A stretch of 64,000 nt of DNA. Origin: Gordius albopunctatus (lineage: Eukaryota). Location: the NCBI GenBank assembly GCA_964276515.1, contig OZ193910.1, forward strand, positions 3,038,001 through 3,102,000. Direction: 5' to 3'. Both the position numbers and the translations under genes were made by a program. The notes below the pieces were generated by a model. The model was given only the letters and a program-made list of their open reading frames with translations, made no database searches and had not been told where the DNA came from. Within the stretch, counting starts at the first letter, position 1. Each line of letters starts with the position of its first letter. Below are positions 53,942 through 64,000 of this stretch, piece after piece.

Positions 53942-54709
53942 ACAGGATATACAAAAATTAGAGGTTAAATAATTAAGCAATTAGTAATTTATATAATTTT
54001 CTGACCTTTGTAATTCCGTTTATATAATCTCTGACCCGTTAAAAAAATCTCAGGCTCACCGGTGCCCGTTCCATTAATTGCTAAGCCCCTCCGGGTCCGG
54101 CCCGTTAAAATGTTTATGATACAAAGCCCGCCCGTACCCGGCGGTGGGCCAGACGTGTGCAAATAATTGATTGTGTTATTGATTTGTATTAGTGTTTTAA
54201 AAACAGCTGGGTTTTGTTTGGTCGACCTTTGGTTTTAGTTAACTAAACATAAACAAATTAAGGATTTTTGGGTGTGTTCTTATCTTAAGAAATTGATCGA
54301 AGTCATAACAACTTATTTTACGAATGTTAAATAAGGATCCCAGCTAGTTCAAATATGTAGATGATGTGATATTTAAAATATTCACCAATTTAATTCTTTT
54401 GTAATTTATGTTAATTTATTAAGCAATTAAAAAAATAAATGCTGAAATATGTCAAGAGCTGATATGAGATTTTCATAATGGCACCCGGGATGACTCCCGC
54501 GACCAAGACGAGATAAAAAACACTAGCAGTTACGGTTTTAAATAATGTTTGACAAGTTCAAAAAAAACATACCCATTAAAGATGGGTATAAAAAGTTATA
54601 AAAATCCTTAGAAATACAATCGATTGCAAATTCTGTTTAACGTTTAATTTGAGTATTAAAAAGTACAAAAGCTATTATACCACTCAATTAATAACAATTA
54701 CATTTTTTA

Positions 54710-57098
54710 TCAACTATTTGCGATAGTATTCGTAACAAATTTAAGGGAAAACAGCCTTTTTTCCAGGACGCATATTTCGTACATAAACTCTTCTAAGCTC
54801 TGTTCACTAAGGTTGGCCATCATTTCAAAAACTATAGTAAAATAGGAACGAGATGAGTTGGTCATCTCTTCGCCTCTCTTTTCTTTAGTGTAGTCCTTAA
54901 TAAACTGCTGAAAAGCTAATTTAAAAGGTCGCTTTTGCGAAAGGTATTTCACGTTGGGTAAGCGGTCGTGAGACTCTTTATTAGCCAAGTGTAGTCCTAG
55001 CAAGCGGTCAAACACGCTACCTATTACGAAGCAGGGATTATAGCGAGCTAAAGATTCGAGCTTAGCACCGGTTACACTTGACTCAGAGGTGATGGGTGTT
55101 ACTAGAATCTCTTTCTCGAAATTTCCCCGATTAGAGTTATACTCTAATGTAGAATCGGAGGCATTCGGTATTAAGCGCTCAAAGGCGGATGAGAGACGGG
55201 CTTTAAAAGCAGGCCTACCCGATACGTACTTCGTGGAGATGGTGGTTAGACTGTTTTGACTAGACATTAGTCGGTAAGTGGATAGGAGATCGCGGGCATA
55301 GAAGGCTGTATATAGTTGAGGAGTAGGACAATTGAGAGTGTTAGAGAAAGCGGGAACGCCGGAAGGGGGTATAATTACGTCGGATTCGCTCTGTTGCGAT
55401 TCAAAAGATTCCATATTTTTCCGACAAGGACATGAAAGAGTTTGGGTAAGAGTGGGAGATATGTAGTAGTACGCTTCCTGCGGAGAAATCAAAGTGAGAC
55501 TGGATACATCCAAAAGGTTATGCTCTTCCAATTTTGAAATCCAATCCCGCCACCAGGTGGCGAAGCAACAATCGCTGGTGGGCGGCATTAGGTTATTTTG
55601 AGTGAAGTGAGAGTGATAGGCGAGTTTGAGAGCGACGTACAAGTAGGACAAGGTTCTTCCTTCAAAATTGGGCATCAGCCTCGCAACTTTAACTTTGTTG
55701 TAGGGAGGATCTTCGAATCGTAGGTAAGCGCCATCTAGCGGCAAGACCTTTTGCGTTTCGGTGTATATCGAGAGAGCTACCCGAGTGACTTCGGCTATAT
55801 TTAGATTAGAAAAAATAAAAAAGGTAAAACAATTAAGGTGTACCTGGCAAGCATAACATATCGGCGTACGTGGAAATATTAGATGGTAAGTCGGGCTTTG
55901 GAATTTTGGTGGTAAGATCCATGATGTTACATAGCTGAAAACATGAGGCACGGATTAATTTAGTTAGCGGTATGGATTTGTGGATGAGAATTTGATTGTC
56001 GTAAAGCATAAATTTCATGTGCGACGGTAAATTGTCACTACTTCCAAAATAAGCTAGTTTATGTTCTTTTATCAGCCTTTAAATACATCTATTTAATTTA
56101 AAGTATTTGAGTAATTTACCGCAATAGATGAGACAGCTGATATTTTGGAAATTTGATAAACAGTAAACCGAGGTATATGAAGCATATATTGTGTACTAAG
56201 GCTTGTCTTTGAGTCAATAACAAATTTTCAATTTTTTTTTTGAATTTATAAGTTTTATTTTTTAAGGCAAAATCAATGAGGGTTGGGTCAATTTCGTCAA
56301 TAAAACTGGTGCAATATTCGTTAATACATTCACTTTGTAACTGGCAAGCATTATTAAGGCTCTGTTGTGAGTTTGTTGAAACTCTATTTTCATTTAAATT
56401 AATTGGATCCGATTGAGTATTAGCTTCATATTCCATAATAATATCCTTGAAAAGTAAGTCATAATTTGTCTGATTATCACTTTTTATAATATTGTCAGCT
56501 TCAGGTTGTGGATTAAATTCCTCTTTATGTTGTGGTGAGGGGTTTAGGCTATTTATATTATCCCAAGGCAACGGATTGACATTTGATTTTTTAAGTTGAT
56601 GGAGAAATTTTTTTGTAGTTTGCAGATCAAGATTTTGAATACAAACAGCTATATCTCTCAGATGAGGAGAAGGGCCAGGCTGAGGGTTAGATGTAAATGC
56701 TATATCTAAATGTATTTATTTAAGTGGAATAAAACTTAAATAAAAACTTTGTTTTGATAGGAAAACTTTAAATAGGTTAAAAACGATTGATTTAAAAACA
56801 GATGGGGCACCCATATCTACTAATTGATTGCATTGTTTCAATAAAAGTGTTAAAAAAGCTTCATGAAAAGTCCAAGGAAGTCCTTTATCAACTAGAAAAA
56901 CATTAGTTTATATAAAAATATATGCATACAATATTTATCCACAATATCTTTAGAAGAACTTGGAATAATTTGTGAAAATCCAACATCATCTGAATATTGC
57001 TCATAGATAAAGGGTAATTGGGTATTGCAATTTTCACAAAAATAATTTCCATCAATGCATTCAAAAGAGGTACCATGACAATGCTGACAAACTTTCAT
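54710..57098 (-). CDS. TAF1B: TBP-associated factor RNA polymerase I subunit B (TAF1B/Rrn7), about 738 aa
   Basis: Exons 57098-56930, 56891-56748, 56705-56120, 56076-55844 and 55794-54710, all phase-consistent (introns 38, 42, 43, 49 nt). N-terminal zinc ribbon CQHC...DGNYFCENC, then WTFHEAFLTLLLKQCNQLVDMGA, QLSHLLRLIKEHKLAYF and PNFEGRTLSYLYVALKL, in the order of TAF1B motifs. Confidence 0.85.
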
Positions 57099-57099
57099 T

Positions 57100-57345
57100 T
57101 TAAGGTAATGTATCAGGAAATCCTAAATCTTTGAAATCTTCTTTGGCCATTAAATTTTTATTCATGCGACATTCCAAGTAGCTCTTGGCTTCTTTTCTAC
57201 ATTTTGAATTATTTTGTTTGTTTTGTGACATACAGAGCATATATTTAATGACAAATTTTTTGCACAAATTGTTGTGATCAATGGGGAAACTACCATGATC
57301 TGGAGGTATTGTTTTAGCAATCTTTTGTTGAGTCACTGTTGACAT
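57100..57345 (-). CDS. COX19: Cytochrome c oxidase assembly protein COX19 (twin CX9C), 81 aa, single exon
   Basis: MSTVTQQKIAKTIPPDHGSFPIDHNNLC-x9-C...C-x9-CRMNKNLMAKEDFKDLGF carries the COX19 signatures PPxxGSFPxDH, YLECRM and LGF. The first ATG in this frame is at 57345; the ORF-track start at 57372 is a TTG. Confidence 0.95.
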   Translation of the reverse strand: MSTVTQQKIAKTIPPDHGSFPIDHNNLCKKFVIKYMLCMSQNKQNNSKCRKEAKSYLECRMNKNLMAKEDFKDLGFPDTLP

Positions 57346-57830
57346 TAGAATACAATAATTTATTGGCCTCAATTATATCAATATCTGATAAGGGTGGAAT
57401 TGAGTGTGAGTTTGACTGGACAAAGTATCGCGATTTAGAATCTAAAATATTTATTGTATGAGGCTAAAAATTTACCTTGAATTGTATTTAAGGAATTTAA
57501 ATGAGGCGTTATATAATAGTTCAAAACCGTGTATGTAAATAAAATCAAAAAGGGGAAACAACAAACGATCAAAGGAATTAAAAACGCCCAATATCTAAAT
57601 ATAATAATAATAATAAAAATTAGCAACCAACTTCTTGGGATAATAAGTAATTCCAAAATATTCAAAGATGTGGTCAGGGACAAAAGCCCATAATAAGTAA
57701 ATGCCTATATAACAAAAATGCAAATTAATATAAGCTATTTAATCTTACCAAAAACTAAATTTGAAACAATCCATAATACAAATCCATAAACAGCTCGTTG
57801 TGGGCATGGGGAGGGATTTGGTACATTCAT
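57314..57830 (-). CDS. PIGP: Phosphatidylinositol N-acetylglucosaminyltransferase subunit P (PIG-P), 133 aa
   Basis: Exons 57830-57749, 57704-57632, 57594-57476 and 57441-57314 (introns 44, 37, 34 nt). They splice to MNVPNPSPCPQRAVYGFVLW...YLLWAFVPD...GITYYPKKYWA...TPHLNSLNTIQD...IPPLSDIDIIEANKLLY...DC*, matching PIG-P motifs throughout. Missed by the ORF track. Confidence 0.93.
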
Positions 57831-58181
57831 AATTATTAAATAAATCTGCTAAAGTACATGCAACCTTAAACGTCGTTAACAAATGCTGTTGGACAATTTA
57901 TTAATTTGATGTTATTAATACAACCAAAATTTAATTCTAACATTGTCCTTAACCCTGACAGTAACAATAAATGAGAAATAAATTTTGAATAAAAAAGCTT
58001 ATCATCAGGTTATAAGCCTAAGGTAAAAAGAGTTATCATTTTCGGTCAATATAGTAAAGCGAAACTAATGTTTTGTGAATTAGACTAGCAATTGTGCATT
58101 ATTATTTTAATTTTCATATTGTAAAAAAATAATTTTGTCCACATTAAGACCAGGTTTCTACCACTTGTTAGAACCCATAAT

Positions 58182-58500
58182 CATAGATAGACTAATAAAA
58201 TCCTAGACTGCCGAACAGCTGATTTTTACTATTAAAATAATTCATACACAAAAATAGCTTCCATCTAAGAGGAAAAACTCAACAACAGGTAATATTTATA
58301 CTTCTCCATCTCCACGATAAAATATTTCAGAAAATAAAAAAGACTAAGCTTAATTTATAAAAGAACAAAAAATAAGTAAATTAGAACAATAAATTATGCT
58401 AAATTCTATTATTTGGTTTCGATTTCCCACAAAACGGCGCTTGCTATAATTCCTAAAAAATTGTCAGCTGTTCAGCAGTCTATGGTTTTATTAGTCTATG
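58182..58500. mobile_element. MITE with about 35-40-bp TIRs (CATAGACTAATAAAA...)
   Basis: atagactaataaaatcctagactgccgaacagctga at 58187 is the inverse of tcagctgttcagcagtctatggttttattagtctatg ending at 58500. No clean TSD. Confidence 0.7.
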
Positions 58501-59759
58501 ACTGTCCCATTATTTCCACGTTTTTCAGACAAACTTTATCTTTGTGGCGGTACTTGCAGCATTTGCTGGAGCAGAAGGATTAGGAACCACTAAATACAAG
58601 AGGTATTATGTGCGGTGTGTTAAAAATCACGTTTACCCACCGGGGGGCACCGATTCGCTAATATCTCCCCGACGGTCCAACTCCACAGGACCCCTACTAC
58701 ATTGATATCTCCCGGCCTCTCTACCGCTCCCGTTACAGAACTGTGTTCCTGCCAGTTTCACACATTGAGGGCAGATGCCCATTGCCTTAAATCTAGACCT
58801 TAGACCTAAAGCCCTTCAAGCTCTACGTGGACCCCTTTGGCTAACGATATTGTAGTCCCCCTCCTCCTATCGATCGCTCAGAAGGCAAATCAGGCTCATA
58901 TAGTGATCCCTAGACAGCTCATCTGCTCTGATAAGAAAGCCCGAAAAAACAGGATCCGGTCTAACCAATTTTGCATTGTGTTCAACGGAAATATTCACCC
59001 TACACCCTGACTTGATGGTATCCATATTTATGATATAAATATTTAAAACCTTTGTACATTACTCGTGTCAACTTTTTGCTAATTCCTATGTTACTCACGA
59101 CCCTAAAACTGTTGATGAAATTTTTTGCATTAATTGGAATAGGTTCTCAAAAATCTTAATTTTCCACATCTTTTTTACTCAGGCAACAACTTGAGGTTCT
59201 TATTGAATGATAAAACATTTTACCGACTCTTGGATAATTTATATTTTCGACGACTATATTATAGATCTTTATATTTAAACAATATGTCTTTTGTGATTTT
59301 GTTATCATATAAATAACCTTTTACCCATTAAAATTTCAATAAACTACGACTTCACCCAAGCTACCTACAGTTTAACAATTCACGAATCAATTTTAAATAG
59401 CTCGTTAATTATAATCAAGTCAAAATAAATAAAGGGAAACTAATTTAATGAATAAATGATTGTAATTAATTATACATTTCGCTATTAATTATAAATATTA
59501 TACATGATAGCAATAATATAAAAGGTATGTGTCTTGTATTTTGCGATGTAAGATTTCTAACTAGTGAACCGACTCTTTAAACCTAACCTAACCCTACTTC
59601 GTTTACAAAGTTTGGTATAAAAGCAAGGATACTAATGATAATAAAATTATCAAATAGCTAAAAGGTCAGCTAAAAAATACGTAAACGCGTTAGGCTATAC
59701 TGGCTTCCAAATACTCCCCAAACATTTCCACAATAACTTGAAAACGTGTAAAATGCATA

Positions 59760-60208
59760 ACAAGTGGAGGGATAGCTATATGATATCGATATACAAGATG
59801 AAAGGCGATATTCATGAATGTAAAAACTACAGAGGCAGAAAGCTTATGAGTCACACTCTCAAGGTATGAGGAAAAGTGATCGAAAAGTTTACAATTTATT
59901 TAGATTTATGCCGGAGAGGTCTACAGCAGATGCCCTGAACAGTGTTAGAATATTAATGGAACGGTTTAAAGAAAGGGAGTTGCACATAAGTTTCATCGAT
60001 CTAGAAAAAACGGTTGATAAAGTCTCTCGTACTTTAGTGTGGAAATGTCTTAAAGAAAACAATGTACCAGAATTATACGCCAGAGCAATAAATGATATGT
60101 GCAAGGGAAATAGAACGAACGTTAAAACGATTGTCGGGACTACAAAGGGTTTTGGCATCAACACTGGTGTCCATAAGGGTCAGATCTTAGTCCCTCCCTC
60201 TTCATAAT
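59760..60208 (+). mobile_element. Old RTE-clade LINE, left RT fragment (host of the nested insertion)
   Basis: Degenerate YKMKGDIHECKNYRG.KLMSHTLK, STADA, FIDLEK..DKV and GVHKG/SDLSPSLFI. Confidence 0.85.
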
Positions 60209-63200
60209 CTTCTTCTTCTTTATCAGTTATTTGGTCCCACATAGGTGAGGTTTGTTTTGATGAGTCTCTTCCATCTTGGCCGGGTTAGTGCCATGTCTTG
60301 ACGAATCTCTTTAGTTTCCATAACTTTATCGACTTGCCTTTTCCACGTGACACGGGGTCGTCCTCTTCCTCTCTTCCCCGGTATTTTCATGTCTAGCACT
60401 TTTCGATTTACGTCATCCGGGTTCCTTCTTAGTATATGCCCATACCACCTTAGCCGATTTTCGTTAATCATGTCCGCCATAGTTTGAATACCCATTTTTG
60501 TCATGAGAAAGTCATTCGTCATATGGTCGAGCTTAGTATACCCCAAGCTCCACCGTATCATTCTCATCTCCGTGGCTTGTAATAGCTTTCCTTCCGTGGT
60601 GTTTAATGCCCATGTTTCACTTCCATAGAGTAACACCGGTTTTACGATGAATTTGTAAACTTTGCTCTTCAAATATATTGGCATTTTCTTGTCGCACATT
60701 ACACCGGATATACTTCGCCATTTAAGCCATCCTTTTTGAATCCGGGCATTGATTTCAGTTGCGCAACCTCCCTCTTGATGTAGCATAGAGCCGAGGTAAT
60801 TAAACCTGTCTACTTTTGGGTACTTTAGGTGGTCATCCAGCGATGGGGTGCTTGTACCGTTCATTTCCATGTATACCGTTTTTTGATCGTTGATCTTTAA
60901 ACCATATCCAGCTAAGCGCTTTGACCACTTTTCTGCTTCTTCGAATACCTTCTCCCTTGTTTCCTCGCATAGTACTATATTATCGGTATATAGCATACAC
61001 CATGGCGATGGCTTTTGAAAGTCCCTCGTTATCGTGTCTATAATTCTATTAAATAAAAAGGGACTTAAAGCAGAGCCTTGATGTAATACAATATTATATT
61101 AACCCGAAAAGGTTTAGAGTCTCCAACTGTCGTCCTAACGCAAGAGTTTGAGGCTTCATAGATATTTTTCATAAGCCGTATATATTCGTCAGGGATATTT
61201 TGTTTCCTCAGGCACCACCATATTAAATCGCGGTAGACCGTGTCATAAGATTTCTCCAAGTCGATAAAAACCATATGTAGGTCTTTCCTCTTTTCACCAT
61301 ACTTATCCATCATTTGTCTTAGGGCGAAGATTGGGTCGATTGTGGATTTGCCGGCCACGAATCCGAATTGATTAGCCGATATTTCCACCTCGTTTTTCAG
61401 CCTTGTTACTAAGATCCTTTCCAAAAGCTTCAAGGAGTGGCAAGTTAGCTTGATACCTCTGTAATTGCCGCAGTCCTGAGGGTCTCCTTTTCCTTTGAAT
61501 AAGGGTATAATCGTGCTTGCTCTCCATTGATTAGGGATTCGCTCTTCCAATATCTTGTTAAGGAGGTTCGTCATGGTGGTGACTCTTTCTTCACGACATC
61601 CGAGCAATGCTTCCATAGGTATTCCATCTGGGCCATTTGCTTTTCCTTTTTGTATCTTGTTCATTTGTGTCCTAACTTCATCCTTCTGAAAGAGTTCGAC
61701 CATACTTATATTTGGCTCAATTTCGGTAAGGGAATCCTTGTCATTTGCAATATTCATAAGTTTCTTAAAATATCCTTTCCACCTTTCCATCACTTCCTTC
61801 GGCTTGAATAAGGTCTGACCCTTCTCGCTTTTGACTATTTTAAGAACTCCGACATCGCTACTTTTCTTCTCCCTTATCTTGGCCAATTTGTACATAAGCC
61901 TATCGCCCCCTTTATGATTCAGTTTGTTTGCCATCTCGGTGTACGCAGCATTCTTCGCTTTTGCAACGGCCTTTTTTGCGGCCCTCTTTGCGTCCCTGTA
62001 CTCTTGATAATCCTCCGACTTTTTTGATTTATGCCACCGTCTATATAGATTTTTCTTTATTTCGATGAAATCTTTAACCGATTGATCCCACTACCATAGT
62101 TCCCTATTCATAGCTTTGCCTCCTTTGGTCTGTCCTAGAACACGAATCGCTGTTTCCTTAATGTCCTTAGATAGCGTCTCCCAATCTTCGTCTACGTCCC
62201 TTTGCAACTTCCTTGCACCCAAGAGTGACGGGGCTTTTTGATGGTATTCTTCGTTCGTCGACGTATCCTTTAGCTTTTCGTATCGAATTCCAGGTTCATA
62301 TACCTTTCTTCTCTCGGGAAATACTCTTCTGTCAAGATCCATAACAAGGGGACGATGTTGCCTGGCGATTTCTTCTCCCGGTATTACTTTGCAATCCTTG
62401 ATACTCCATAAGTCCTTTCGCCGTATAAGCAAATAGTCGATTTGACTAAAATGCTTCCCACTTCTACAGGTCAAAATATGATCTTCGCGCTTTTGAAAAT
62501 AGGTGTTAACGATTGCCATGTCATATGCTTGGGATACTTGGAGAAGTTTTTCCCCTTCTTTGTTCTTCAGACCATGCCCATAGCCTCCATGATTGCGTTC
62601 ATACCCGAGGCGATCTTTCCCTACGTGAGCGTTGAAATCGGCCCCAATAATTAGCCTTTCTTCCTGTCGGATTCCTTGTATTTCCTTTTCCAATGATTCG
62701 AAGAATATGTCTTTCTCTGATTCCGAACACCCAATTTGGGGAGCATACGCGCACATAACGGTTAGGAGGCCCCCTTGATCCGCAATTTTCACCCACATTA
62801 GCCTGTCGGAACAACTTTGACTTCCACCACCTTGTCCTTGAACGATTCGCTTAGAACGATACCGACCCCGTTTCTACGATTTGGTGACCCACTGTAGAAA
62901 GGCTTGTATCCTTCTCCTAAATCGCGAGCTTTCGTTCCGTTCTACCTCGTCTCTTGTAGGCAGGCGATGTGTACCTTTCTTCTTTTTAGTATCTGTGCGA
63001 CCTCGATGCTCTTCCCCGTTAACGTTCCCACATTCCAGCACGTAATTCGCATTCTTTTCACAACTAGTTTCCTTAACCGCCTTCGTTGTGAGTTGGGCAG
63101 TAACCCTAGTGTATTTTTCACATTGCACGGGCGGGGTATGCAGTGCGCGTCGTTTGTGGAGGACGCCCTAGCCTTTTCTTGTAAAATCTCGTTTGAAACT

Positions 63201-63297
63201 ATCATAAATTTTGGAGTTGATTTTTATAGCCGGTTTCCGACCTGATGCCAACCCTCCACTTTTTGCACACGGACTTGGGACCGTCGTAGGTAGTGTT
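60209..63297 (-). mobile_element. Apparently full-length (3.1 kb) RTE-clade non-LTR retrotransposon, APE+RT, inactivated
   Basis: APE motifs WNVGTL, CLQETR, YAPQ, GADFNAHVG, SQIDY; RT motifs NYRGIKL, QFGF...STID, FIDLEK, HQGSALSP, with YTDN in place of YADD. (AAG)n 3' tail at about 60209-60220 and 14-bp TSD tccctcttcataat (60195-60208 and 63298-63311). Stops at about 62942 and 62091; frameshifts at about 62810 and 61095. Confidence 0.95.
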
Positions 63298-63760
63298 TCC
63301 CTCTTCATAATGATAATGGATATTATTACAAAGGAATTAGGCGAGGAACTTGGGGCAGTAATCTTTGTAGACGATATATTTATCCTGCCAATAGTGAACA
63401 AGAATCGGCGAATACTGTGAATTGATCAGTAAATGCAATCAAAGTAAGTCTCAGGGTAAATCGAAAAAAACACAATACATGAAGAAAAGTTTAAATCAGA
63501 TGAAGATCAGCAATGTACATTCATTATTTTAGGGAAATAGGAACTTAGCCACATTTTAAGCGGATGGTGGAAAGAATAAAGATATCCAAGCAACGATAAT
63601 CTTTGAATGTCTCAAATGGAGAAAATTAACGGGCATTCTGTGCGACAAAAACATCCCAGGAAGACTCAAAGGTACACTGTATAAGTCCATAATGACGCCT
63701 AGCGTCCATGTAGATAAAAATGCTAAGATGGTGTCATATATGTCACATATGGATTCGTTG
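63298..63760 (+). mobile_element. Old RTE-clade LINE, right RT fragment
   Basis: Resumes exactly at the TSD with SLFIMIMDIITKEL...IFVDDI, later LKWRKLTGILCDKNIPGRLKGTLYKSI. Confidence 0.85.
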
Positions 63761-64000
63761 AAGACGAGCAACGAGAGGCGCGGCATTGACCAGGTGCGGG
63801 ACGATAGCAAGTGAGAGACAAAATAGATCTAGGAAGAGTAACGGGAAGGACGCAAAGGAGAATAACAACTGGCGCGGGACACACAAAGAGAGTATTATCA
63901 GAGGCAATAACAACTGGTGGAAGGAATGACAACTGGTGCAAGACACGAGAAGAAAAGAAGTGTATCCGAATAAAAGGGAACATCGGCGCACAGACAAAAT

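Noticed and set aside
57098..57345. A single PIGP-COX19-TAF1B fusion protein by stop readthrough
   Set aside because: The ORFs are in different frames at both junctions, each has its own ATG at the family-typical position, and no obvious slippery site was seen.
54710..57830. Operon-like packing as bacterial contamination or horizontal transfer
   Set aside because: All three proteins are eukaryote-specific, and two of the genes have spliceosomal introns like those of the neighbouring CPSF4.
1..57830. All host genes on the minus strand as one giant polycistron
   Set aside because: There are only about five independent units, separated by kilobases of repeats; co-orientation by chance is plausible.

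Overview
AT-rich animal genomic DNA (invertebrate, probably protostome; the species cannot be identified from sequence) with GT-AG introns, many only 34-49 nt long. All host genes I could model are on the minus strand. From right to left they are: PIG-P (4 exons), COX19 (1 exon), TAF1B/Rrn7 (5 exons), CPSF4/CPSF30 (8 exons), an organic solute transporter alpha-like gene (7 exons, long C-terminal tail), a large orphan coiled-coil gene with an adjoining very basic ORF, and a probable zinc-finger gene exon running off the left edge. The most striking feature is that PIG-P, COX19 and TAF1B have no intergenic DNA between them. COX19 starts 32 nt before the end of PIG-P, and the TAF1B ATG follows the COX19 stop after one base (TAA-A-ATG), each ORF shifted +1 in frame. 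This points to a tricistronic, operon-like animal transcription unit. The rest of the window is rich in transposons: about 30 copies of a G-tract MITE, several other MITE families with 8-bp target-site duplications (TSDs), an internally deleted hAT element with a BED finger, a pogo-like MITE, a Helentron/DINE-1-like element, a 32/33-bp minisatellite, and a full-length RTE LINE inserted antisense into an older RTE LINE. Gene models were read by eye, and homology calls come from remembered family motifs, not database searches.
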